Assembly (NCBI GenBank): GCA_038824665.1
Contig: JAWBBK010000006.1
Span: forward strand, 1 to 64,000
Source of the DNA: Acidilobaceae archaeon
GTDB lineage: Archaea > Thermoproteota > Thermoprotei_A > Sulfolobales > Acidilobaceae
Direction: 5' to 3'
DNA length: 64,000 bases
Positions 20,528 to 29,759 of this stretch are shown here, one piece after another. The position numbers were made by a program, and so were the translations under genes. Under the pieces are notes generated by a model. It searched no databases. It was not told the DNA's origin and was given only the letters and a program-made list of their open reading frames with translations. Every line of letters starts with the position of its first letter. Within the stretch, counting starts at the first letter, position 1.

Positions 20528-21643
20528 TTGGACATAGAGACGAGAATGAAGACGATAGTTAGAAACGCTGTCGAAATAGTCACGCTAGAAGAGCTGAGGT
20601 CTAAGCTAGAAAGCGGAGAGAAGCTCAAAGGATATATAGGCTATGAGCCTAGCGGTCTTGTTCATGTGGGTTGGCTAGTCTGGTTCTTCAAGGTCTGGGA
20701 CTTGGTAGAGGCTGGAGTAGACTTTACAGTGCTAGAAGCCACATGGCATGCCTTCATAAACGACAAGCTCGGAGGAGATATGGACCTGATAAGAAAGGCT
20801 AGCAGACTCACGCGCGAAGTTATGGAAGCTCTTGGGATCCCTGTAGACAAGATCAGGTTCGTAGATGCAGAAGAGCTAACCTCTGACCCGAACTACTGGG
20901 CTTTAGTTCTCGAGGTTATGAAAAACAACAGTCTAGCTAGGATTAAACGAAGCTTAACTATTATGGGTAGAAGAGTTGAAGAGGCTGAACTTGACGCCTC
21001 TAAGCTAGTTTATCCAGCTATGCAAGTCTCCGATATATATTATTTAGACTTAGACATAGCTTTAGGAGGAATGGATCAAAGAAAAGCACATATGCTAGCT
21101 AGAGACACTGCTGAGAAGAAGAGACTTCAAGAGTTCTACGAACGTATTAGAGGCAAGAAGTTGAAGAAGCCTATAGCTATACATACACCTATAATAACGA
21201 GTCTTCAAGGACCTGGTTCAAGAATGGACGTATCTGAAACTGAGATAGACGAGATCTATTCAAGCGTTAAGATGAGTAAGTCGAAGCCCGACTCCGCGAT
21301 CTTCGTTCATGACTCACCGGAAGCCATAGTTGAAAAGCTGAGAAAAGCCTACTGTCCTCCCAGACAGCTAGAATACAACCCAGTGATTGAGATAGCCAGT
21401 CACGTTCTAGGCGCACGAGGTCAACTAACGCTTAGGATAGAAAGACCTTCTAAATATGGAGGACCTTTAGAGATAACTAGCGTAGAGGAGCTGAAAGATG
21501 TCTACTCGAGAGGTGAAATACATCCGCTAGATCTTAAGAACGCTGTATCTGAAGCTCTCATCAAGCTTCTCGAACCAGCTAGAAAGCTCCTAAAAAGCAG
21601 AGAGGACTTAATCAGAGAAGTTGAGAGTCGCGTAACTAGATGA
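20528..21643 (+). CDS. tyrS: Tyrosyl-tRNA synthetase
   Basis: YIGYEPSG.VHVG, YPAMQVSD, GG.DQRKAH, KMSKS. Confidence 0.96.
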   Translation: MDIETRMKTIVRNAVEIVTLEELRSKLESGEKLKGYIGYEPSGLVHVGWLVWFFKVWDLVEAGVDFTVLEATWHAFINDKLGGDMDLIRKASRLTREVMEALGIPVDKIRFVDAEELTSDPNYWALVLEVMKNNSLARIKRSLTIMGRRVEEAELDASKLVYPAMQVSDIYYLDLDIALGGMDQRKAHMLARDTAEKKRLQEFYERIRGKKLKKPIAIHTPIITSLQGPGSRMDVSETEIDEIYSSVKMSKSKPDSAIFVHDSPEAIVEKLRKAYCPPRQLEYNPVIEIASHVLGARGQLTLRIERPSKYGGPLEITSVEELKDVYSRGEIHPLDLKNAVSEALIKLLEPARKLLKSREDLIREVESRVTR

Positions 21644-21689
21644 GTTCTGGAAGCGGTTTCTAAAACATATCCTCCTTAGGTGTAACGTT

Positions 21690-22841
21690 GTGAGATTCTC
21701 TGAGATATATAGAGAGATCTCTCCCATTGCTTTAGTGCTCTTCATAAATGAAGTAGCGACAGCAACTTACTTCTTTAGCTCAAGAGCTTTCATACGAGTT
21801 CTCATGGGTGAAGATGTCTACAGATACGTGATCCTTCTTATAAGCTTTGAGAGCATCGCTAACCTTTTTGCTCTTTTAGGAGGAGTTCTAGGAGATCTTT
21901 ACGGTCGTAGAATCATAGCGTTGCTTTCAGGTCTCAGAGCTCTCACATACTTCTCTATACCTTTAGCTATTACGTATGACCTAAAGCTAACTTTCGCTTT
22001 ATTTTTTGTGAGCAAAGTCTTTGATGGATTGTTCTTCTCAAATGCGTTGGGAACTCTTCTATCCAGGTCTAAAGGTTCAGGAAGACTTTATGCTACGTCT
22101 TCTACAATCTTTCCTATTGCTTGGAGCATCGGGTCTCTGGTTCCAGGACTCTTAGAACCTCGAGGAGGTTATACTCTCATCTTTACTTTCATAGGGGTCG
22201 CTACCTTATTCGCATCGTTGTTTTTAGCTGTAGTAGGTAAAGAGAGCAAGAGAGCCAAACACGAAGACCTTGTTAAAGCCTTCTCTATGTTGCCTAGGAC
22301 TTTCTTAATGGGCGTTATTATAGCAGAAGCTGGATTAGTGCTTTATTGGAACCTCCTCTCAATAAAACTTTACGAAACTACAGGAAGTTTGCTTCTCTTC
22401 GGTCTCATAGGAGGCACATTGACCACTATGGCTTCTGTCTTGGTTTATCCTCTAGCTGGAATCATAGTCGATAAGATCCATCCGTCGAGATTCTTAGGAG
22501 TAGTATACATCGCTTACCTGACCTATGGATTAATGATGTACTTTTTCAGCGGTCTTCTATTCGCGATCTTGTGGGTCCTGCCCCTCTATCCCTTCAAAGT
22601 CGTAGCGTTGACTGTGACTCTTAGCAGAACTCTTCCAAAGACATTTCAGAACACAGCCGCTGGCATCACATCTCTAATCTACGGTCTCTCTGGCCTCATT
22701 TATTCTTTGTTTTATTTTGTTGACCTTGACCTTTTTGAAGTGCTTTCTTTATATGTATTTGCGCTGACTATTGGAGCCTTAGCAATTATAAAGGCTAACT
22801 TTAGAATGTTGTCACCTAAAGCTGAAGAGACTAGCTACTAG
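21690..22841 (+). CDS. MFS transporter
   Basis: About 12 TM segments; G.LGDLYGRR motif A. Confidence 0.85.
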   Translation: MRFSEIYREISPIALVLFINEVATATYFFSSRAFIRVLMGEDVYRYVILLISFESIANLFALLGGVLGDLYGRRIIALLSGLRALTYFSIPLAITYDLKLTFALFFVSKVFDGLFFSNALGTLLSRSKGSGRLYATSSTIFPIAWSIGSLVPGLLEPRGGYTLIFTFIGVATLFASLFLAVVGKESKRAKHEDLVKAFSMLPRTFLMGVIIAEAGLVLYWNLLSIKLYETTGSLLLFGLIGGTLTTMASVLVYPLAGIIVDKIHPSRFLGVVYIAYLTYGLMMYFFSGLLFAILWVLPLYPFKVVALTVTLSRTLPKTFQNTAAGITSLIYGLSGLIYSLFYFVDLDLFEVLSLYVFALTIGALAIIKANFRMLSPKAEETSY

Positions 22842-23949
22842 AAGTTAGTCTTCTATATTTTTCTTCAGCATCACGCACAAGGTCTTCATTAGAAAGTCCA
22901 CCATACCTAGACAGCTCGTAGTCTAATGTCAGGTCTCTAAAAGCCTGAGCTTTCTCTCTTAAGTCTTTCTCTGTGATCAATAAAAACTCTCTATGTGTCA
23001 TGCTGTCTTCCATAATCCTATTTGTCCTCTTTTCTACAAAGTCTACAGCTTTCCAGTAAAGCCCCATCACCCCGCCCTGTTTAGACGCAATCGACTTCCA
23101 AGATCGTTCGATTCTCTGTGTCTCCAACGTTGTCACACCGCTTAACAATACTTTCAAAAGCGGATAGCTGAAGACCAACAGAGCGCTAGCAAAAAGAAGA
23201 GGTGCAATAACGCCAAGAGAGGGAAGTTGAGTCAACATATCGAAACTGATACCGGCTTGAGGTAGTTGTGGACTCGGTAGACCCAACGGTTTTTCTGAAG
23301 TGTCGACTAGACTCCAGTTTTCCGTAGCGGTGAGAGAGTTATACAAGAGTTCTTTCGCCATCTGTACGAGCGTTTTGGCTTGCTCTGACGAGATTTCATT
23401 AAGTAGAGAGCTGTATCCAGCGTTCTCTGCGTATCTTTTAAGAACCTCTAGCACGAGCTGATAGTCAGTGATCTTAAGTTTATCCTCATAAAAGGATTGA
23501 CGAGCTTGTTCTAAAAGGTTCTTTAGCTTTAAGATATCGAGAACACCTTCAAAATTGATCTCTTTTAAGATCTCAGCCCACTCTTTATTCTCTATAGAGT
23601 TTATAAGGTCTTCAATAGAAGCCTCAGATAAATGTGAATAGCTTAGATTGTATTGCGCTAAAAGCTCTTCTAAAGCTATTCTAGCCTTGGGGTCTTCAGC
23701 TAGGCACTCTACGGAGCTACAGTTTTCATGAACAAGCTCTAGGAATCTCTTTAAGTCCTCTTCGCTCCAACCTTTCCCTTGATTTTGTAAAATATCATTA
23801 AGATAATAGAGTAGAGCCTCTAAGTAGTTTATCTTTTGAGGAAAACCGAGAGTGTGTAGCTTCGTAGCTATCAGACCTTCTTCACTAGCCAAGACTACTT
23901 GAGCTAAAAAAGCAATAGTTATGATGATTATAATTATGAGTTTTCTCAT
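22831..23949 (-). CDS. DUF4129-like membrane protein (MoxR cluster)
   Basis: Signal peptide, one TM, C-terminal SMTHREF...LT..YE.SRYG. Confidence 0.7.
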   Translation of the reverse strand: MRKLIIIIIITIAFLAQVVLASEEGLIATKLHTLGFPQKINYLEALLYYLNDILQNQGKGWSEEDLKRFLELVHENCSSVECLAEDPKARIALEELLAQYNLSYSHLSEASIEDLINSIENKEWAEILKEINFEGVLDILKLKNLLEQARQSFYEDKLKITDYQLVLEVLKRYAENAGYSSLLNEISSEQAKTLVQMAKELLYNSLTATENWSLVDTSEKPLGLPSPQLPQAGISFDMLTQLPSLGVIAPLLFASALLVFSYPLLKVLLSGVTTLETQRIERSWKSIASKQGGVMGLYWKAVDFVEKRTNRIMEDSMTHREFLLITEKDLREKAQAFRDLTLDYELSRYGGLSNEDLVRDAEEKYRRLTSSS

Positions 23950-25067
23950 GGAACTGCACCTATTACTTTCAAGATTCCTTCAATTAATCTAAAGAAGAAA
24001 GAATAGTCGTCTATAACTTTTCTCAGAACATCGTTCAGCCTCGATAGCTCCAAAAAACCTGAGCTAGGGTCCCAATATCCTATAAAGTATGCAACTACAT
24101 AAAACGATAGGATCAAAGCGAGTCCCGCTAACACCATAAAGAGAGAAGGCTCTTCGTTCCAGCTCATTTTTAATATCTGAGAAGTTAAAAGCCAGAACAA
24201 AGAGAAGGTAGCGTATGCAATTACCATCGATACTAAGAACTGAGAGAAAGGACTCAACTCTAAGGTCTGCACTTTTTCAAACAAGAGCTTGTTAAACAGG
24301 AGATAGAATGGAGGAGTCAAAAGTAAAGCCGCCATAGCGCTTCTCAGCGAAGCTAGAGGGGGTCTTAGTTGTACTTCTTCGCCTGACTTTTCCAAGAACA
24401 ACAAGGAGAGCATCCTCGAAGGTTTGATGAAAAGAGCTAAAACCTCTATCACTCTGAACGTTGCAATATATGTAAGGACTAAGAAAACGCTTATAGTGAT
24501 CAACCTGAAAAGAGGATTAATCGATGCAAACTCAATTAGTGGAGTCAGAGACGGCTCAGCTATCGACTCTGTCGCTCTCTCTAGAACGAGAGTCGCTCTC
24601 CATAAAAATGTACCCAGAAGTATCGATAAACATATGAACACTAAAACAAGCATAACAAACGAAACTATGAAAGAAACCTGTTTATGTATTTTTAAAGATT
24701 TGTAAAAACCAGGTCTCCAAGAGGTCTCAAGAGAACTAAAGATGCTAATAATCGGTAAAGGAGCTATTGTTATCAAAGACAAATCGAGGTCAGAAGCTAC
24801 AGTGAGAACAACAGAAAAGGCGTGTAGCAGAGGATTTAGAAAAGCCAAAGCCAGAAGTACAAGAGTCAGAGAAACTAATGGGATCGTCTTGATTACAACA
24901 TTAAAAAGTAATCCCACATCGTTATTTAAAACTGCATTGTAGACCTCATTGAAAACAGTAAGAGAAGGAGCTTCGGATACGAGTTTTAGTAAGAAGTCTA
25001 TTGAAATGATTGTTGCAGCTAGTCTGAAGAATATTTTGAGCTTTAAGTCAGCTGCCACTCTAGACAC
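23946..25067 (-). CDS. Multi-pass membrane protein (MoxR cluster)
   Basis: Long hydrophobic ORF translationally coupled to its neighbours. Confidence 0.65.
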   Translation of the reverse strand: MSRVAADLKLKIFFRLAATIISIDFLLKLVSEAPSLTVFNEVYNAVLNNDVGLLFNVVIKTIPLVSLTLVLLALAFLNPLLHAFSVVLTVASDLDLSLITIAPLPIISIFSSLETSWRPGFYKSLKIHKQVSFIVSFVMLVLVFICLSILLGTFLWRATLVLERATESIAEPSLTPLIEFASINPLFRLITISVFLVLTYIATFRVIEVLALFIKPSRMLSLLFLEKSGEEVQLRPPLASLRSAMAALLLTPPFYLLFNKLLFEKVQTLELSPFSQFLVSMVIAYATFSLFWLLTSQILKMSWNEEPSLFMVLAGLALILSFYVVAYFIGYWDPSSGFLELSRLNDVLRKVIDDYSFFFRLIEGILKVIGAVP

Positions 25068-26409
25068 CTCTTTGTGCTTCTAACTTCATTAAGATCTTTG
25101 TGGCCATGTCTCGAGGCGTTACTACGACCGCTCTAAACCCTCTTTTTCTGAGGTCCTTCGTTTTAGAGAACGCTTCCCGTATCTCCTGGTAGGTTCTCAC
25201 TCTATAGACTGCTCTTTCGAACTCCGATAGCTCTTCTACGCCATACAGATGAGGAAGAAATACAAAAAAGTTTAGAGAGACCCCCCGAATGTTAGATAGA
25301 CCTTTGAGAGCTTCTGCTGCTACGTCTGCTATTCTTGCTGTAGTCACTACTATAACGTTAACCTTATCTCTGGGTAGGATTTTCGACAACCTCTTCTCTA
25401 AAGCAAAAAGTCGCGAACGGAGCTGTTCTGAAGATTCTCGAATCTTGAAGTCTTGAAAGTCTATTTCAGAGAGCAACCGCATTAGTTCAACAAAGCCTTT
25501 TCTCCCAGGATAGAAGTTTGAAACCATTTCTCTTTTGGGAGTAGATACGGCTAAGGCAATATTGTCGTTATTGTTAGCCAGATGTCTGACTATAGAGCCC
25601 AACACACGCATCGAGTGTTCGAGAGGGGTATTGAGATATGGGCCGTAGATCATGTCTTCACATGTTATAAGCACGAAGAGAGCATACAGACTTGACTCTC
25701 TTTCATATTCTTTTACTATAAGTTTTCCTTTAGTCAGAGCGTGCCAAAGGATCCTTCTAAGTTCATCTCCTGGAGAATAGTTTCTTACAGAATAAAACTC
25801 AACACCTTCTCCAGGACGTCTAGTTCTGGTCAGACCTGTACTTCTTGAAGTAGAGAGAACGACTTTTGAGATCTTTTGTTCAATGCGAGGAGTTATCTTA
25901 ATGACTATGGGGTCTCCGAGAGTTATTTCAGAACTTCTAAAGAATCCGAACGGATCTCTATAAGTTGCTCTCAAAGGACCTAAGACGTGTGAGCCGGGCC
26001 TGCTCTCGAATTCTGCTTTGTACTCAAAACATCCTCTCGGCGAGATCACGGACAACCCTCCAGGAGCCCCTTTTATAGATAAATGTTCTGGATATGAAAG
26101 CGAGAACTCGACTAAGGCTATAGGTAAGAGTGAACCGTTACACACTAAATAGTTTAATCGTAAAGGTTTTCCTTCTTCGCTTCCCTCGGCTCTAACAGAA
26201 ACTTTACAACTAGCAAGCATTAAAGCAGCGATAAGACTGTAAGCTCTTAGGACTAAAACAAAGACTACTATCGAAAAGCCCACCCACCCTAAAGACGATA
26301 TTTTAAAGACATCAAGCACTATAAAGTATGAGGCTATAATCAAAGGCGCTAACACTCTGTTAGTAGAGAAGACTACAGCCTCGTTACTGCTCGGTAGAGT
26401 TGTGTTCAT
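25060..26409 (-). CDS. DUF58 (vWA-like) protein
   Basis: RDPFGFF, G.EFYSVRNY.PGDELRRI.W, LIVKEYE. Confidence 0.88.
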   Translation of the reverse strand: MNTTLPSSNEAVVFSTNRVLAPLIIASYFIVLDVFKISSLGWVGFSIVVFVLVLRAYSLIAALMLASCKVSVRAEGSEEGKPLRLNYLVCNGSLLPIALVEFSLSYPEHLSIKGAPGGLSVISPRGCFEYKAEFESRPGSHVLGPLRATYRDPFGFFRSSEITLGDPIVIKITPRIEQKISKVVLSTSRSTGLTRTRRPGEGVEFYSVRNYSPGDELRRILWHALTKGKLIVKEYERESSLYALFVLITCEDMIYGPYLNTPLEHSMRVLGSIVRHLANNNDNIALAVSTPKREMVSNFYPGRKGFVELMRLLSEIDFQDFKIRESSEQLRSRLFALEKRLSKILPRDKVNVIVVTTARIADVAAEALKGLSNIRGVSLNFFVFLPHLYGVEELSEFERAVYRVRTYQEIREAFSKTKDLRKRGFRAVVVTPRDMATKILMKLEAQRGV

Positions 26410-27776
26410 AGACGTCTCTCCTCTAAGCCTTCAAGCTTCTTTAACGACGTTCCGAGAACTTTGAGAACTTCTTCACTTTGGGCGAGCGCCTTCTTAACAA
26501 TTCTTCCCCAAAGTACTACGGGTGGCCAAAACCTCCTGCCCCTTGCTCTATCGTAGTATCTATTCATGAACTCCCAATAGCTTTTAGCGTAGTTTCTCTC
26601 TACTCCATGGGATTCGAGAACAGAAATAGCCTCTAGAGATGTCAGAGACGTTCCAGTAACGGATTTTAAAACAGAATCCACTATTGTATAGAGCTGAATA
26701 AAATCCTCTTTGTCCAAGCTTTTCTCTCGTATTGTCTTCCTAAACACTTCATAACCGTACCACTTGACCTCTCTAACGTCTTTAAGTGGCTCGTCTCTGA
26801 CCTTCTCTTCGTAGAGAGCTAAGATTAGCGCAAACCCTAACGACAAGCCTACTAGAAAGAGAGTTCTCATGAAATCCAAGCTGAATAGCGTAACAATAAC
26901 TCTATCTATAAAGTTTAAAAGAGGTGGAAGCCATGTTGATGGATGTAAAACTATCGAGATCAGAGATATCATCAAGTTGAGTGGATCAAACAACTGAATC
27001 ATTTCTAAGAAACTTTCGTCTTCTTGAGCCAAGGCAGACAAAATGCTTAACGGATTTACCTGCTGATATTTTGATGCCTCTAAAAGCACTATGCAATCTC
27101 TTTCACAAAGGCCCTCTACTGTTGCTCTAGCAAAGCCGATATACACATCAGAATGATTAGACCTAAAAACCTGATTAAGGAATATCGAGCCGTCTCCTAT
27201 CACGAAAGCTGAAACCCTTCCTTTATCCTCATATGCATAGAACGTATCATTCTCTATCTTAGAAAATACCTTTGAGGGATTGTCGAGAATTAACGTTCCT
27301 TTCCAGCCCCAAGGAGTCTCGATGTAAACAGGTACGTGATCCTGGATTATGGATCCCTCAATTCTGACCGCTAGTCCGAAAGTCTCAAGTACCGCATTAG
27401 TGTTTCCCGTTTCATCAGCTATGAGAAGAGCCAGTTTTTGACATCTATCGAAAAACTTCCTTACGTGAAACAATTCGCTTTCGCTGTAGCTTAGCTCAGG
27501 AGACACTATTACTATCAGAACTTTATCGCATTTATCCACGATGTCTGCGATCATTTTCCAATCATATACGAGAAAGACTTGACGATCTTCAGACAACAAT
27601 TTATAGAAATCACTAAGACCTAAAGGACCTTCGTTTAGAGGATGAGCACCTGGAGCTAAAGGAAGTATATAGGGTCCTTTCTCAAGTAATGCTATTAGGG
27701 TTATGAGTAGGAGAGCTAAAAGTAGCTTTGTGGAAAGAAGAGAAAAAGTTGGAAGTGCTATTTTATCTTTACTCGT
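26406..27776 (-). CDS. DUF4350-like membrane protein (start extended to ACG 27776)
   Basis: LLIADE.G, IGDGSIFLNQ; in-frame upstream TM helix and HPLNEGPLGLSDF motif. Confidence 0.65.
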   Translation of the reverse strand, partial: TSKDKIALPTFSLLSTKLLLALLLITLIALLEKGPYILPLAPGAHPLNEGPLGLSDFYKLLSEDRQVFLVYDWKMIADIVDKCDKVLIVIVSPELSYSESELFHVRKFFDRCQKLALLIADETGNTNAVLETFGLAVRIEGSIIQDHVPVYIETPWGWKGTLILDNPSKVFSKIENDTFYAYEDKGRVSAFVIGDGSIFLNQVFRSNHSDVYIGFARATVEGLCERDCIVLLEASKYQQVNPLSILSALAQEDESFLEMIQLFDPLNLMISLISIVLHPSTWLPPLLNFIDRVIVTLFSLDFMRTLFLVGLSLGFALILALYEEKVRDEPLKDVREVKWYGYEVFRKTIREKSLDKEDFIQLYTIVDSVLKSVTGTSLTSLEAISVLESHGVERNYAKSYWEFMNRYYDRARGRRFWPPVVLWGRIVKKALAQSEEVLKVLGTSLKKLEGLEERRL

Positions 27777-28059
27777 AGTCCCACCTCAACTCTTGGTCTT
27801 CTTCTTTTCCTCCATCTTCACTCTTCAAAGAAGCTCCATAGATGTATGCTGAAAGCCTCAAGACATAAAGCGCTCCTGAAAACAGAGTGAAACCTGTTAT
27901 TGCAGAAAGTAAAGAAGTCGCTACGTATCCTCGCTCCATGTAGCTCAAAGACCAGAGTAAAAATATAAGTGAGACAACGAGAAGAGCTAGCCCCAAACCC
28001 AGGTATATGGCCCATCTGAGCGATTCTCTCCTGAATTCGCGCACGATCACCGCCCTCAC
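27769..28059 (-). CDS. Small two-TM membrane protein (MoxR cluster)
   Basis: GTGA overlap with the moxR stop; two hydrophobic helices. Confidence 0.65.
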   Translation of the reverse strand: MRAVIVREFRRESLRWAIYLGLGLALLVVSLIFLLWSLSYMERGYVATSLLSAITGFTLFSGALYVLRLSAYIYGASLKSEDGGKEEDQELRWDYE

Positions 28060-29003
28060 GGTCTAGGTAAAGGAACTTTCGCTAAGATGTCCTTGACTAC
28101 AGACTCTGCGCGAATTCCCTCTAGCTCGTACTCTGGTTTAAGCACTATCCTATGCGATAACGTTGAAATCGCTACTGCTTTCACGTCGTCAGGTATGACA
28201 TAAGACCTACCCTCTAGGTAGGCCCAAGCTCTAGCTAGCTTGAGCGTGGCTATACCTGCTCGGGGAGAACCTCCCAACTTTACAGCCGGATGTTTTCTGC
28301 TCTCCTCTACGATTCGTGATATGTACTCTAGTATTGAATCGTCAACTCTGATCGCCGAGACCTCTTTCATTGCTTCAAGTATGAAGTCTCTGCTTATGAT
28401 AGGTCTAATGTTTTTGATACCTTCCTCTATCTCATCTATTCTTTTCATGATCTCTATGAACCCTTTAGTGGATGGATAGTCTATATAGATTCTAGCCATG
28501 AATCTGTCTAACTGAGCTTCGGGAAGTGGGAAAACGCCTTCAAATTCTATCGGGTTCTGTGTAGCTATCACCATGAAAGGTTCAGGAAGGGGGAAACTCA
28601 CACCTTCTATGGTTACCTGTCTTTCTTGCATGGCCTCTAAAAGAGCCGATTGAGTTCTCGGAGACGCTCTATTGATTTCATCCACAAGAACTACGTTAGT
28701 GAATATAGGACCAAGCCTTAGTTTGAACTCTCCGCTCTTCTGGTCATAGATGTAACCTCCAATTATATCATACGGAAGGAGGTCAGGAGTCATTTGAATT
28801 CGTCTAAAGTCTAGGTCTAGAAGTCTCGTTACAACCTTGGCAGTCGCTGTCTTCGCTATTCCTGGAACTCCTTCTAGCAGAACGTGTCCTCTCGCTAGAA
28901 GAGTAGCAACAATGAATTTTATCTCGTTTTCTCTCTCGATGAGAACCTTTGTGGCTTCACGCATAATTGACTCAAGAACTTTCAATAGAGAGTTCCCAAA
29001 CAT
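28056..29003 (-). CDS. moxR: MoxR-family AAA+ ATPase
   Basis: GHVLLEGVPG.AKT, RIQMTPDLLP.D, DEINRA.P.TQSALLEAM, ATQNP.E; start placed at ATG 29003. Confidence 0.93.
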   Translation of the reverse strand: MFGNSLLKVLESIMREATKVLIERENEIKFIVATLLARGHVLLEGVPGIAKTATAKVVTRLLDLDFRRIQMTPDLLPYDIIGGYIYDQKSGEFKLRLGPIFTNVVLVDEINRASPRTQSALLEAMQERQVTIEGVSFPLPEPFMVIATQNPIEFEGVFPLPEAQLDRFMARIYIDYPSTKGFIEIMKRIDEIEEGIKNIRPIISRDFILEAMKEVSAIRVDDSILEYISRIVEESRKHPAVKLGGSPRAGIATLKLARAWAYLEGRSYVIPDDVKAVAISTLSHRIVLKPEYELEGIRAESVVKDILAKVPLPRP

Positions 29004-29161
29004 AGAAGAAAATAGGAGGAGTTTTAAATGTAGTAGCGGAAGGCTCATAAGAGACTTTATACTAGATATTTTATACTCCTTGTAGCTCAATAAACAAAGA
29101 GCGAAGGTCTCTTCAAACCCTAATGGTCTAATATAAGAGCAATGAAACAAAAAGTAATGAA

Positions 29162-29647
29162 TTACTTCCTCTCTGCAAGCATTCTATCGAGCATCAGAAG
29201 TCCCGCTATATTGTTTCCAATCATTTCAGCCTTAGCTAACAACTCCATAGCTTGCTTCTCTTCCTCTACCTGCTCGTTGATGAACCACTGTAAAAAAGTC
29301 TCTGTAGCTTTGTCACCTACGCTTCTTGCTAAGTCAACTAGCCTCCATATTCTTTGAGTGTTGCTGACCTCAGCCTCATAAAAATCTTTGATAGCCTCTA
29401 AAACGCTGTTCCAGTTTTTCTTCTCCAGAATAACGTCGTATAGTTCGACCTTTTGGCCTCTATCTATAACGTGTTCATATATTTTGAGAGCGTGCTCTAG
29501 CTCTTCTTTAGCCTGCATTTTAAAATAATGAGCAAAGCCGCTGAGCGAAATGCTATCAAAGTATGCTGCCATCGATAAGTATAGATACGCATTACGTAGC
29601 TCTTGATTTAGCTGTTTATTGAGAGCACTTAGAAGCTCAACGTTCAA
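29162..29647 (-). CDS. ftn: Ferritin
   Basis: Ferroxidase-centre motifs E...Y.Y, EELEH, FLQWFINEQVEEE. Confidence 0.93.
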   Translation of the reverse strand: MNVELLSALNKQLNQELRNAYLYLSMAAYFDSISLSGFAHYFKMQAKEELEHALKIYEHVIDRGQKVELYDVILEKKNWNSVLEAIKDFYEAEVSNTQRIWRLVDLARSVGDKATETFLQWFINEQVEEEKQAMELLAKAEMIGNNIAGLLMLDRMLAERK

Positions 29648-29759
29648 AGTCTACACCATACTCTACGTTAAACTTCTCCAGAGAATATATAGGAAAGGAA
29701 TTTTTCTAAAGAAGTGAATAAAACGCATTAGAAAAGACAGTCTTTGTTCTAGTTCAGGT

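Noticed and set aside
29004-29150. N-terminal extension of moxR in the ORF track
   Set aside because: No AAA similarity; AT-rich, promoter-like sequence
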